Below are positions 26,618-41,469 of a DNA stretch of 64,000 nt, in pieces; the first letter of the stretch is position 1; every line of letters starts with the position of its first letter. The position numbers and the translations under genes are program-made. The stretch comes from Octopus vulgaris (taxonomy: Eukaryota): NCBI GenBank assembly GCA_951406725.2, contig OX597824.1, positions 98,022,001 to 98,086,000 of the forward strand. The letters are read 5' to 3'. The notes under the pieces are model-generated. The model was given only the letters and a program-made list of their open reading frames with translations. It was not told the origin of the DNA and did not search any database.

Positions 26618-27058
26618 ACGATGGCGATGGTGATGTTAGAATATAATGATGTTTACATTGGGTAACGAAGGGATGAGTTACACCTGAACCCTTCTCCACC
26701 AAAGCCTGTCCCCTAGGATCTTGATAAAAAACCGGATAACGATACATTATCAATAAATCCTTTCAGTGACCGTTTGTTTTTATCACCGAACCCAGCGGGT
26801 GTATATGTGCGCGTGTATATATATAATGTATGTGCATATATATGTGTGTGCGAGTGTGTGCGAGTGTGTATGCGAGTGTGTGCGTGTGTATGTGCGAGTG
26901 TGTGTCTGTGTGTGTGTGTGCTGCATTGTTTTTTTCTGATTGTTTTTTCTCTCTAATGAGACATGGCCATTGTGTCTGCACAAGGATAAAGATAAGAGGA
27001 TACATACATATATATATATATATATATACATACGTACATACATATATATACGCGCACG

Positions 27059-27097
<39 letters not shown>

Positions 27098-27131
27098 ACC
27101 TATATAAGTGAATGCGTGCGTCAGAAAATCC

Positions 27132-27172
<41 letters not shown>

Positions 27173-27301
27173 TGTTACTTTGCGTACAAATAAACGTGCG
27201 TGAGTTTAATTGGAACAAATTACTTATACGCAACATCATCATCATCATTAACATATTCAGCATCAAGAACAGCATCAACATTTTCATCATCAACACCCAC
27301 C

Positions 27302-27333
<32 letters not shown>

Positions 27334-27336
27334 CGC

Positions 27337-27369
<33 letters not shown>

Positions 27370-27871
27370 TACGTGATGTAAACGATAACCGTACGCACAA
27401 GCTCTTTTGTTTTTTCCAATGGATAGTGAGACGGAATGCGAGTGGTCAGCGGGTGGCGATGGGGGGAAGGGGCTATTTGCTGTGGTGGTGGTGTGTAAGG
27501 GCGCTGAGGTGCTCTACCCTGGTATTTAACATCAATGATGGATCTACAAATGCAGAAACATAAAGCGTTTCCACTGTCGCTGATATTTCAACTGATATTT
27601 CACATTACAGACAATAGCGAATACATTCTATCATCGTCATCATCATCATCGTCGTCATCATCATCATCATCATCATTGCCATCATTGCCATCATCACCAT
27701 CATCATCATCATCATCATCATTGATATCATCACTATCATCATCATCATCATCATCATCATCGCCATCGCCGCCCTTATTCTAAAAATCATTATCTTTTGT
27801 TATCCGTGAAACTCGACACAAGAAACCGAGGAGTAACAGACAGAAATCTCACAACCGATGTTGCCTTATTA

Positions 27872-27905
<34 letters not shown>

Positions 27906-27964
27906 CATCATCATCATCATCATCATCGTTGTTGTTGTTATTATTGTTGTTACTATTATTCAAT

Positions 27965-28102
27965 GCAGTGAGCTGGCAGAATCGTTAGCATGCTGGGCAA
28001 AATGCTGAAGCAGTATTTCGCCCGACGCTACGTTCTGAGTTCAAATTCCTCCGAGGTCGACTTTAACTTTCATCTTTCGGGGTCTATAAATTAAGTACCA
28101 GG
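27965..28102 (+). mobile_element. SINE family A, 3'-truncated
   Basis: Head plus GAGTTCAAATTCC B-box plus GAGGTCGACTTT...GGGGTC core. Confidence 0.8.
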
Positions 28103-28317
28103 TTGTCCGACCAACTCGTTCTGAATTCATTTCTATGCCCTACCAACACCACCACCACCACCACCACCACTACCCTCACACTAATTAGGATTTAATTAAT
28201 TTTCCTTGTTTGATTTCTTGTGAGGTTACCAATTGTTGGTCTTCCCCTCTTGTTTATTTTGCCGCCCAACTTTACATCCAACATGAAACCCTAACAACAC
28301 AACTGATTTAATCAATA

Positions 28318-28333
28318 TCACTAGAGGGCGCCA
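28318..28333 (+). promoter_or_regulatory. CTCF-like site
   Basis: TCACTAGAGGGCGCCA versus consensus CCASYAGRKGGCRS (one mismatch), in non-repetitive-looking DNA. Confidence 0.45.
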
Positions 28334-28613
28334 CCGGCAGTTAGACAGTCAAGGCTTTCAGAGTTGTTGCTGTTGTTGTTGGTTAGTGTTTGTTTGTTTG
28401 TTTTTTTTAATTTCAAATTTGTTTGAAATAAATTTTCATTTAAATTTTAAATTAATTGTATTTGGATTTTCAGAATTCATCTTGTTTCGAGCCAAACAAC
28501 ATCGTTGATGCGTGTGTGTTTGTGTGTGAGAGTGTTTGTGTCTCTTTGTGTGTGAGTGTGTATGAGAGTGTATGTGTACACGTATATATGCATGTATGTG
28601 ACTGTGAACGTAT

Positions 28614-29020
28614 ACTCTTTTACTATTTTACTTGCTTCAGTCATTTGACTGCGGCCATGCTGAAGCACCGCCTTTAGTCAAGGACTTATTCTTTGGAAGC
28701 CATATACTTATTCTATCGTTCTCTTTTGCCGAGCCGCTAAGTTACGGAGACGTAAACACACCAGCATCGGTTTTCAAGCGATGTTGAGGGGACAAACACA
28801 GACACACAAACATATACACACACACATACATATATACATATATATATATACATATATACGACGGGCTTCTTTCAGTTTCCACCTACCAAATCCACTCACA
28901 AGGCTTTGGTCTGCCCGAAGCTACAATAGAAGACACTTGCCCAAGGTTTCACGCAGTGGGACTGAACCCGTAACCATGTGGTTGGTAAGCAACTACTTAC
29001 CACACAGCCACTTCTGCGCC
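28614..29020 (-). mobile_element. full-length SINE family B
   Basis: tRNA-like head (GGCGCAGAAGTGGCTGTGTGGTAAG...GGGTTCAGTCCC), internal TA/TG repeat, tail ...CCGCAGTCAAATGACTGAAGCAAGTAAAA. Confidence 0.88.
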
Positions 29021-29221
29021 TATATGTATATCTGTATGTATGTATGTATGTATGTATGTATGTATGTATGTATGTATGTATGTATGTATGTATGTATTTA
29101 TATATGCATGTAAGTCACTGTTTCTACAATTATTTTTAAAGAATAATAAATTTGTACTCGACCAAAAGTAAAGAATAGCCCTTAAGATTAATGTAAAATT
29201 GTTTGTACTATAACTGAACAT

Positions 29222-29262
<41 letters not shown>

Positions 29263-29271
29263 TACAAATAT

Positions 29272-29306
<35 letters not shown>

Positions 29307-30040
29307 AGCTCGTCTATGTATGTATGTGTATGTATGTATGTACGTATGTATGTATGTATATAGGTATGTATGTATGTATGTATGTATGCATGCATGCATG
29401 TATGTATGCGTGTATGTATGTATGTATGTATGTATGTATGTATGTATGCATGTACGTACGTATGTATGCATGCATGCGTGTGTGTATGTATGTATGTATG
29501 TATGTATTTATGTATGTATGCATGTATGTATGTATGTGCGTGTGTATGTATGTGTATGTATGTGTGTATGTATGTATGCATGTAAGTATGTATGTATGTA
29601 TGTATGTATGTAAGTATGTATGTATATATATATATGTATGCATGTTCGTATGTATGTATGTATGTATGTATGTATGTATGTGTCTGTGTGTATGTATGTA
29701 TGTATCTATGTATGTATGTATGTATGTATGTATGCATGCATGCATTTGTGTATTTATGTATGTATTTATGCATGTATGCATGTATGTATGTATGTATGTA
29801 TGTATGTATGTATGTATGTATGTATGTATGTATGTATGTATGTATGTGTGTGTGTATGTATGTATATATGTATGTATGTATATATGTATGTATGTATATA
29901 TGTATGTATGTATGTATGTGTGTGTGTGTGTGTATGTATGTATGTGCGTATGTACGTATGTACGTATGCATGCATGCGTGTGTGTATGTATGTACGTATG
30001 TATGTGTGTATGTATGTATTCATTATGTACGTACATATGT
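29021..30040. repeat. compound (TATG)n/(TA)n microsatellite field
   Basis: Directly visible. Confidence 0.95.
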
Positions 30041-30408
30041 ATGCGATTATTGGAAACATGTTGCTATGTTTCCAATATTTTTTTTTCATGAATTTATTTA
30101 TGTTGGAAAAAGAAAACCTTAATAAAAAAAATAGGGAATACAACAGAATGTTCAGTGTGTGTGTGCATGTGTGTATACGTGTGTGTGTGAACGTACGTGC
30201 ACATCTTTTTGCAATCTTATTAATATGCACATATATAAAGGTGTTTATTTGAAAGGATAGATAACACGTTTGTTACTTGGAAGCATGAATCATACAAACA
30301 TATTAATATACAAGTGTGTGTGTGTGTATTTATCTATATGGATGGATGCATTTGTACATGCGTATATCTGTGTATGTGTTATTTATAAATATTTATGTGT
30401 GTGTGCAC

Positions 30409-30480
<72 letters not shown>

Positions 30481-30916
30481 AGACAGAGAGAGAGTGAGCG
30501 AGAAATACACACACACACACACATTACACATATATGTATTCGTGTGGTGGGGAGGTGGGTGTATTTATTGGTTTGTGCATGTTTTTGATTTCTGAACACA
30601 AATAATTTTAGTGAGAAAACATGAAATTCATAGAAAAACATAAACTACCTCCCACTACCCCTCTCTCCTCATACCACATCCTGTATACGCGTAGGGACGA
30701 CAGGTGGCGTGTCATACGGATGTTGGAGACGGTTATGGCACCTGTTAGATAGAATTCACGCACAATATAAAAATAATGTATATATATATATATATATATG
30801 CACACACACATATGTACTTGAATAATAATATATATGTAAGCGTGTGCAAATCACAGACACCTCCACGTACAAAATGCACTCTTATTTGCCTATCTAATAA
30901 TATATTTGTATACACA

Positions 30917-31360
30917 GGCGCAGACGTGGTTGTGTGGTGAGAAGCTTGCTTCCAACCACAGGGCTCCGAGTTCAGCCCCACTGCGTGGCTCCTTGAGCTA
31001 GAGTCGTCTTCTTTAGCCTTGGGCCTGCCAAAGTCTTGTGGATGGATTTGGTAGGCGGAAACTGAAAGAAGCCTGTCGCGTATATTTTTGTATGTATATA
31101 TATATATATATATTTGTATGTGTGTGTGTACGCGTGCATGGATGCGTGTGTGTCTTTGTGTCTGTATTTTCCCCACCGTCACATGACAACCGCTGTTTGT
31201 GCGATTGCGTGTCCAAACTTACCGGTTCGGCTAAAGAGAACGATAGAATAAGTACTAGCCTCTAAAACCATAAGTACTTATGTCGGTTCGCTCGGCTAAA
31301 ATTCCCCGAGGTGGTGCCCCAGTATGGCCGCAGTCCAATGAGTGAGACACGTCAAAGAGA
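30917..31360 (+). mobile_element. full-length diverged SINE family B
   Basis: Collinear with the reverse complement of 28614-29020. Confidence 0.85.
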
Positions 31361-32068
31361 AACGATAGAATGCCAAAGGTGTAACTGCTTCAGCAACCCT
31401 CTTTCTGTGACGGCCGACCCCTTAGCCATTGATGTCCCTAATCCAGTTGGCATGGCAGCAGTTTAATTTCTATATTGGTGTTCTTCCTTGGCCTCCAGAT
31501 CTCCAGATTCCTTCTGCAAGACAGTTACTTTCTGACCAAAGCAGGTTACCTCCACTGTCAAACGCACGACCCTATGTTGGGCCAGGCGGGTCTAATAATG
31601 CCGCTAAGCCTCGCGGGATCTACTGTTACGGATTAGAACAAACCCAAGAGTAACATCAGTTGAGAGTTTTCTGGCACCGCATCGCACACACACACCTCTC
31701 TCTTTGGCAACAGCTTCAGAACTAAGTACATGTATAAGAATATGTATATATAGCCACACACACATATACATGCATATATATATATATATATATATATATA
31801 GGTAATTAGGTAGGTAGGTAGGTAGGTATGCGTGAGTTATTCAAATTGATCGCGGTAAAAATGTATATATTTATAATGCTGACTAAGAGATCGATATTGC
31901 TTGGCGCCAATACATATATTATCACGACCAAAAATCGTCATCTGCATTATTGCAATCATCATCATCATCATCATCATCCATCATCACCAACATCATTCCA
32001 ACCAGCAACACCATGCATGGCACCACCACCATTTTCACCTCCTTGCGACCATCTGTATCACACACAAA

Positions 32069-32109
<41 letters not shown>

Positions 32110-32478
32110 GCACACACACGAGCATGAGTCATTAATTGCACGAAATCTAATTGGTTATGTTATTGGCGGGAATATTAGACCACGTGCAACCACGATGATA
32201 TTGGATGTGTGTCCCGTCCCTCCAGAAACAGGTTTGTAGTGGAATGGTTAATTAATTGAACTGTGGTTAGTAATTAAAGGTGACCATGGCCAACAATGAT
32301 GCGGAGGATTTCAAAGGTAAAACTTTGGAGAATCTGCATATTAATCACTTTTATTAATACATTAATAGCCATCCGTTTGATCAATGGGAATGTGTCACCG
32401 ATTTGTTCAGTGTTGTCCATTGGACGAGTGTTCGACTCCTTCCGTCGCTTTGGAATTATGCAACTAAAACTTTTTATG

Positions 32479-32513
<35 letters not shown>

Positions 32514-32516
<3 letters not shown>

Positions 32517-32712
32517 CGGGGTGAGCTGGCAGAATGGTTAGCGGCATTTTGTCCGTCTTTGTGTTCTGACTTCAAATTCCGCCGGTCGACTTTGCCTTCC
32601 ATTCTTTATGGAATCGATAAAAAATAAGAACCAGTTGAATGGTGAGGTCGATATAATCGATTAGTCCCCTTCCCTGAAATTTCAGGACTCGTCTCTGTAG
32701 TAGAAAGGAATA
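32514..32712 (+). mobile_element. SINE family A, diverged
   Basis: Head, core and GTAGAAAGGAAT tail. Confidence 0.75.
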
Positions 32713-32797
32713 TACGCGCGACGGCGCGTGCGTGTATGGCTGTGTGTATGTGTATGAGTGTGTGTGTGTATGAATGTGTGTGCGTGTGTGTGAGCGT

Positions 32798-32835
<38 letters not shown>

Positions 32836-32964
32836 TGGTTACGAGTATTAGAGAAACATGATTGGAGGAAGAAAAGGAAGGGACGATGGTCAAGATGTGA
32901 GCCAAGTCTAAATACCTTCCACAAAGTAAGCAAAAGGCCGTGCTGTAATGGTGACTTGGAGGCC

Positions 32965-33125
32965 AACAAGTTCGGGGGGAAGGGCTTAATTGATTACATC
33001 GACCCCAGGGCTCAACGGATACTTATTTTATCGACCCTAAAAGAATAAAAGGCAAAATCGACCTTGGCGGAATTTGAACCCAGAACGTAAAGACGGCCGA
33101 AATGCCGCTAAGCATTTCGCCCCGC
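32965..33125 (-). mobile_element. SINE family A, partial
   Basis: TCGACCC..AAAGAATAAAAGGCAAAATCGACCTTGGCGGAATTTGAACC matches family A reverse complement. Confidence 0.78.
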
Positions 33126-33173
33126 AAAGGCCATGCCGTAATATTAAACGCTGCAACAGCTTGATACTCTCTT

Positions 33174-33217
<44 letters not shown>

Positions 33218-33994
33218 TCTCACACACACACACACACACAATGAAATATAAAAATACGCTCCTGTTACCATCATTTTCCGGTAAAGATTTCCTTTTACAA
33301 GTAACTCACAGCTTACATAGAAAATCATTTCCACCTGACAGCTTTCCTCCTGCACTCATTGACCCACAGCAGAACCTGTACATCAGCGATCTCGTCCTTC
33401 GAGGAAAACCTGCAAATGTTGACTGACTAATTTGTAAAAACAAAATAATAATTGAAACACTGACGCTGGCTTAGAAACAGTCCCAGCATCAATAATAGAG
33501 CAACACAGCGTGGGAAAGAGAAAACTTGAGTAAATAAACAGAATATATAACTATAAAGACGGTAAATGAAATCTGAAGACAGACTCCAGGTTCTCTGCGA
33601 CACAATTATCGTAATTAAGAAGTGAATACAGCTTCACACAGCTTAATCCTCTTCGTCGGTGTATATTTTATGTATACATACATACATACATACATACATA
33701 CATACATACATACATACATACATACATACATACGCATGCATACATACGTACACACACATAGCGAGAGAAAGAGAGATAGTTGTGTATGCGGGTATGTATT
33801 TTATGCGTGTGTATGCAGTACGCATATATCGGTTATATGAATATGTGAATATATGTAAATATATATAAATATGAGTAAATATATATAAATATAAATGTGT
33901 GTACATATATATGACTATATTCATATGTACAAATACGTATGTATATCTGCATGTGTATGTATATATGTGAGCAAATATATGTATATGTGTCTAT

Positions 33995-34075
<81 letters not shown>

Positions 34076-34188
34076 CGTGATCACCGTGACCGACCAGGCC
34101 ATCAGATGTTGTTACACATCGCTGGTCACAATGCGCTTCGCATTGTTTTAGCCTTCAAATGACGCCACCCCGCTGGCTAAGCGAGCAG

Positions 34189-34508
<320 letters not shown>

Positions 34509-34929
34509 CGATAGTAACGAAGTAACAAATGGGAAGGAATGTTCAACATCGCTTTTGGCGGATAAATATGGTTTATATGGATTAACAGTGCTACCAATAA
34601 TTTCATGCGAAAATAAATTCGCAATTACTCAAGCATACCACTTCAGGATGCTGGTAATCGCAGCCATTTGCGATGGGACTACGTGAGAATACACGAGATT
34701 ATACTGGCAGCACTGTTAATCCGCATTGTTAGTCTTCATATATGTGTATGTATGTACATGTGTATGTACATGTGTGTATGTATGTGCATGTGTGTGTATG
34801 TGCATGTGTGTGTATATGCATGTGTGTGTGTATGCTTCGTTCTTTGTTGTTGTTGTTGCAATTGATGCGAAACAGGAGTCGTGTCTTATCCCCAGCGATT
34901 TTCCCTATCATGCTTTCGTCCATGTTTCC

Positions 34930-35700
34930 TGCAAGAACAGATACAACGCCACGTTGTTTGATCTTCGTCCATTGCAACAAAAAAATATATCTCAGCTGCT
35001 TTTTGCGGATGAATGTGGATTGCTTGCACCGGGTGACACCAGAATGCAAGTACGTGCTGATCTATTACGAAAGGCCTGCATCAACTTTGGCCTTACAGAA
35101 GTATTACACGAACCTGAACCAGGGCATTCACAGTGTGTAAGCCCTAGAATAAAAAAAAGCGAAGTAGGACTGAGCCCGACGGTGTGGAGATTTATAAATA
35201 TCTTGGAAATACGTTGTCTTCAAATGTCTTTATTGAGCTGAAGTGCTTTCACGTATTGGCGAGGGGAGCGAGTCAGGAAAGCTGTAGCATCAATTGTATT
35301 CATAGCGATATCAAAATCAAAGTTCACAGAGCTGTCGTTATCCAAACTTGCCTATAACATGTGGAACTTACAGAACCATGTCCCAGAATCATGAAATAAT
35401 GCTTAACCATTGCCATATATGAATTCAAAGGAAAACCCAAGTTACTAGATACAATTCCCAATAAGCCTCAGGTTTGCCAACGCTCCTATTTTGTCAGTTG
35501 AGTTTAAGCAAATTCAGTTGCGTTGGAATGGACGTGTTTTCAGGAAACTGGACTATGGACTACCAAAAGTAAACATTTTATCCGGAGCTTACCAATAATT
35601 AAAGAACGCAGTGATTGTCTTTTATGTAAAAGATTCAGATTTAACTAAAAGCAACCTTCAAAGATCAATCCAAAGTCAAGGGAGGTCTTACTTCAGACAG
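34930..35700 (+). mobile_element. degraded RTE-clade LINE (RT C-terminal half)
   Basis: LLFADECGLLA..MQ...LRKACINFGL; YKYLGNTLSSN; IKIKVHRAVV; QLRWNGRVFR...GLPK; multiple frameshifts. Confidence 0.85.
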
Positions 35701-35960
35701 GCAGGCAAAGAAGGTAGCGAACACCAAGGGAACAAAGGCTCGTGAAATATTGCAGGTATCAGGAGCAGAGGCCACAAATCAAAGAACATCGTCTGGATGA
35801 ACACTAAAGGGGATCGGATAACTATTTCTCTATCAGAATAGACCTTCTCAAGGCCAGCAAGACACAGAGACGAGAATTACTCTTATATATATATATGCAT
35901 ATATGTGTGTAAGCATGCATGCATGTATATATGTACATACATATATGGCTGCATCTCTCA

Positions 35961-36006
<46 letters not shown>

Positions 36007-36111
36007 CATATATATGTACATATATATACATATATGTACATATACATATATATACATATATATATATACATATAAACATATATATATACATATATATATA
36101 CTCATATATAT

Positions 36112-36172
<61 letters not shown>

Positions 36173-36278
36173 CATACATATATATATGTAGGATTGCATA
36201 TATACACAGGTTTTGTTAGTCATGATGTCAGTGTCAGCAATTCATATAAAAGTGTCTCCAGCGATTATACATACATAC

Positions 36279-36314
<36 letters not shown>

Positions 36315-36331
36315 ATACATATTTACATATA

Positions 36332-36371
<40 letters not shown>

Positions 36372-36977
36372 TATGTGTGTATGTATGTGTGTATGTATGT
36401 GTGTATAATGCAGGTGGTCTTAGTCATGAGCGTGAAGTGTCTGCTGCAGATCGTAAAACAGGATTTAATGCAATATGCATACATATATACATATACATAT
36501 ACATATATATATATATACATATATATATACATACGTATACATACATATATATATGTAAATATGTATGTACATGTGTGTGTGTGTGTGTGTGCGTTATGAG
36601 TCATCTGTGAGTTACCACATGAGTGGCATATCGAGTATCTGCCGTGTTTCTTGTTATAAACTGTTGATTAATCATCGCTACAGGTGGGTAGTTGGGGTTG
36701 CGAAGGTGGGGAGCGGTTATGGTTGATTGCATCAATCACTACCAGATTAATTAGTATACTTATATGTATATATCTCTGTGTATCAACTCAGGCATGACTG
36801 GACCGCCTGTTGACAGCTTAATGCTTATAACAATAATAATAATAATAATATTGAAGATGATGATGGTGATGATGATGATGGTGGTGGTGGTGGATGTGGT
36901 GATGATGATGATGATAATGATGGTGATGATGATGATGGTGATGATGATGATGAAAAACAAAATTAATTGTAATAAAA

Positions 36978-38010
36978 CAAAATTTTTCTTTATTGCCAAA
37001 AAAGGCTCGAGACCCTAAAAGTGCAGGTTACATTAACTGTGGGTGAGGTGGGAGGAGGTTAAGGGTTTGAGAAATTAAAAAGACAACTATATAAAGTATT
37101 AAAGGAAATGAGATCCCTAATAAAAGAGAGTTACCTGAGTTCAATCAGGGAGCACGACGGACCCTGAAGGGCAATTGCTCTGATTTTAACTGTGTTGTCA
37201 GGTTTCACCCAATTATTAGAGGGCAGCACCTTCCTATCCACCCTCGCCAAGTGAAACTTAATGGTTTTTGTCAGAATTGTCGGTCGCCATTTACTCCATT
37301 ATTGTCGCCATTTACTCCATTATTGTCCCGCTCACAGTTTCTTTCTCCACCATCTCCACCTCCACCAGCCGCCGGAGACTGCCTGTCTGCCCGTTCTTTC
37401 CGGACGAAAGAAAATGGAGTGACGATGGACTTCGTTGGTGGCTACAACTATTCTCCACGTGATTCTAATTGTTTAAATAGATTCAGGAGTGAATAATGCT
37501 GGATTTTCTGGCCAGTAAAACGCGTCTCTTCCACAAAATAGGAAAGAGTACACTCCTCGCATCAAATCAAATGAAAACTAAGGCGATACTCGATGGTCGA
37601 ACGATAACAAAGTTGGGAGGTGATGTGTGTATTCTCCACTTCTGCTTTACAATTTAGGATTAGCCACTTTAGGATAAGCCCATTCCTGGGTGAGAATAAC
37701 CACCCTTTCCACAACCTCTTCACGGTTTCCTAATCATCTGTCAGTCAGACCTGAACAAAGACCCCTAACACCTTAACAGGGTTGTCCGTCCAGTGATGCT
37801 TAACATTCGCTGTGGGAAAACTTTTCATTCTCGGTGCCGAGTTGCAGTCACACCAATTTGTCCGATTTAATGTCTACTAGAACCACGTCCAGTTCTGTTG
37901 CAAACGACACAAAGACGATGATATCGTCTGCAAATATGGACACGGCCTTCATGCGAACCAGTCCGAACCGAATCCCTTCCAACAATTCGAACGTCTGCAG
38001 CACTGATTCG
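36978..38010 (-). mobile_element. degraded Tx1/L1-like LINE: RT and 3' end
   Basis: KAVSIFADDIIVFVS, LQLGT, WTDNPVKVLGV; terminal GGCAATAAAGAAAAA. Confidence 0.7.
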
Positions 38011-38753
38011 TAGTGAAGGGACCTATTAGAAGAACCGAGTAAATAATTCGAAACATTTCTTTATCTGAGATTGTGTTGGCCTTTCCATCGCCAAGACTTA
38101 ATCCCCATTCATTGATGCAGAACCATTCTTTGTGTTGTTGTCTTTAGGAGTACTAAGGATACAGTAATACGATTCTCCTGCCCTTCTTCAAATGGTCACA
38201 GAAAAACAGAGAGGTTTGCACGTATACTTAATTTACAAGAATACAAAATTGTGAAAATGAAAAATTTCGCAAATATGTGGGCGACATCTGAGGGCTACGT
38301 GTGAAAACCTACCAAAGTACAGTCACCCTTGTCGCTTAGGTCAGTCATTCAAACCTCTTATAATGAAAAAACGCATGCGCAGAGTAGACCCTTTCCTTCG
38401 TATTATACTAGCCACGCAAGTATTTCAACAAAATTACTGGAAGGTAACACTTTCTTCTCCAACCTCTGTCGTTTTTTTTTTGTTTGTTTTTTTCTGAGTG
38501 AGACATGAAAATTTGATGAGAGCTTCACCAAAGAAGAAAGCTTTTGACTTCAGCACTTTCAATCTCGTCTACAACACAACATATTTTGCTATAGACACCA
38601 GGCAGATAAACACTGGCTGCTCTTCGCCAGCCAAACGAGGGCAGTGGAACGACCTTCCCAATGAACTCACACGTGATAGTTGGTGTTCGACATTATTTTC
38701 CTATTGAAGTGAAAGTACGATATAAAAATAAAACTACTGAATAATAATAATAA

Positions 38754-38980
38754 ATTTCTTTACTGCCCACAAGAAGCTAAACATAGAGGGGACAAACAAG
38801 GACAGACAAACGGATTAAGTCGATTACATCGACCCCAGTGCGTAACTGATACTTTATTTATCGACCCCGAAAGAATGAAAGGGAAAGTCAACCTCAGCGG
38901 AATTTGAACTCAGAACGTAACGACAGACGAAATACCACTAAGCATTTCACCCGGCGCGCTAACGTTTCTGCCAGCTCGCC
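38754..38980 (-). mobile_element. near full-length SINE family A
   Basis: High identity to 4189-4420 and 55891-56121. Confidence 0.9.
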
Positions 38981-38998
38981 ATACACACACACACACAC

Positions 38999-39116
<118 letters not shown>

Positions 39117-39232
39117 TATGTAGAAAAATACAACATGGACAAGAACGTATAACTCTTAGAAGACGACACAATAAACACGGACAGGACATTCGAAACCCTC
39201 AACGTATGATGCATACTTATAGATAGCGTGTA

Positions 39233-39268
<36 letters not shown>

Positions 39269-39294
39269 GTATGCATACTTATAGATAGCGTGTA

Positions 39295-39336
<42 letters not shown>

Positions 39337-39363
39337 GTATCATACTTATAGATAGCGTGTATG

Positions 39364-39394
<31 letters not shown>

Positions 39395-40266
39395 CATACG
39401 CCCACACTCACATACAAAACACAAAAGAACATACTCCCACACAGTCATAAATGCCCCCATGTAAAAAGCCCCTCATAGTCAAACACTAAAATACTATCAA
39501 AATACAACAGAAACCCATTCGTGGGTAACAAACCATACTCGTCTTCCTCTTCCCCCCAGCCGTTTCCTTCTTTTGCCGCTATTTTTAAACAATAAACTGT
39601 TTTATATTGAATATTGCTCATAATATATACTCTTGGCTTTTAATTCATACACTATCAATACATATGTAGACGTAGATATATTTACGCATATATATACATA
39701 TTTGTATGTATATGAGTGCATATACGATAATATTTTGTATATTTGTACGTATACATATATATATATATATATATACAATACAATATAGTAAATTTGTGTA
39801 TGTGTATATATTTGTATGTATGCATAAATGTGTACAATATGTATATATATATGTGTGTGTGTATTCATTAATGTGTATAATATGCATATGTATGTATTTA
39901 TGTATTATGTATGTACGTATGTATGTATGTATATACATATGTATTTATGCGAGAAATGGAGAATGGTCGGGAGATGTTATCGGCAAGAACTAAATATATC
40001 CCGAAATGTGTTCCATATACCAACTTCGATGGTGCGGTTGACTAAATTCATTTAGGAAAGGAAACAAAAGCTCAATTTCTAGATGAAGTGACTGAATGAA
40101 AATGTAAGGTAAAAATAAAATTGATTGAACCAGACGATAATTCTGGTACTTCCGGTAAATAACAGCGGAAGTCTCTGGCTTGAGAATGGAACAACTTGTT
40201 GCTCTCAGGTTGGATAGATACATACATATATAATATACACACATATATGTGTGTGTGTGTGTGTGT

Positions 40267-40304
<38 letters not shown>

Positions 40305-40309
40305 CTATG

Positions 40310-40436
40310 TATGTGCGCTTCCCGGCCATATGGTTCCGGGTTCAGTCCCACTACGTGGCACCTTGGGCATGTGTCTTCTGCTATAAGCTCGGGCCGAACA
40401 CAGCCTTGTGGGTGGATTTCAGACAGAAACTGAAAC
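40310..40436 (+). mobile_element. SINE family B head fragment
   Basis: GGTTCCGGGTTCAGTCCCACTACGTGGCACCTTGGGC. Confidence 0.8.
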
Positions 40437-41469
40437 GTAATTCTTTCATTAACCCCGCCCCTCCATAAATCCTGAAATTTCGGCTTTTTTTTTTTTTTTC
40501 AAATTAAAATTTTTAGCCATAGTTTTAAAATAAGGACAATCCGAATCTGCAATTTGTCTCTGTTTATAACTTGAAACTAATTTTGAGGCGAAAAGAGGAT
40601 TTAAGGGATGGTTAACTGTTGCTTCTAGCACATCCCACGACTACTTCATACACTACCGGTTTCTTTGTCATTAAATTCAATTCATATTATGTTGGATGCA
40701 TGAAATGTTATTTGTAATACTGTTTCATCCATTTATTAATTATCGCTTCTCATCATTAATACCCTTTATTCATTAAGTTATTCATATATTAAAATGTATT
40801 TATACATCACTCTACACTAACAAATGTCAACTTCCAAACCTTGTCCCCTTTTCTTTGTTTCTTTCTTGTAAACACAAGACACCCACCCACCCAGACACCG
40901 CCGGAAGTTGTTGTTGAACTTGTTGGCAAACAACAGCAGTAATTGTATTCACCTCAATAGACGTCATTGATTGGTTGAAATTGCCGAAATGTAAGAAATT
41001 TAACTACGAATAGCTTACAAACTACAGAATTTTCTCAAGAACGCCAAGAGAAAAAGATGTTTTATGTGACACATTCTACCGGTATACGAAGTTTAAAAGT
41101 GTTTAGTAGCAAAGAAATTATTTTTTAAATCTGCCGGTCAAAGTGAAATGATCCGAGAGCTCTTTTTTGTTGCTGTCACAGATTTTGAAATTTTGAAATT
41201 TTGAATATTGATGTACTTTTTCACGCTGGATCCAAGTTTTAGATTCATTTCTTCCAGAAAAATTGTAGAAAAATGTTAGAGAAGTTTATAGTTTGATCAT
41301 TTTTATCCATTCAAAAAACAAGATTTGTGCGTCATAAGTTATCATAAAATGAAAGTAAATATAAAGAAGTGGTTTTAAAAAAAAGGGAAGCAGTTCGTGA
41401 GAGCTTAAAGAGGGTGAGTGTCAAAGAGTATGGTAAATATATAGGTGAAAGATGGAGAGTGGGAGAGTT

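Noticed and set aside
28900-29020. tRNA-like A/B boxes in SINE heads
   Set aside because: No complete cloverleaf; embedded in multi-copy SINE bodies.
36190-36480. Two short inserts in TA repeats with weak inverted similarity
   Set aside because: Similarity too low to distinguish from chance by eye.
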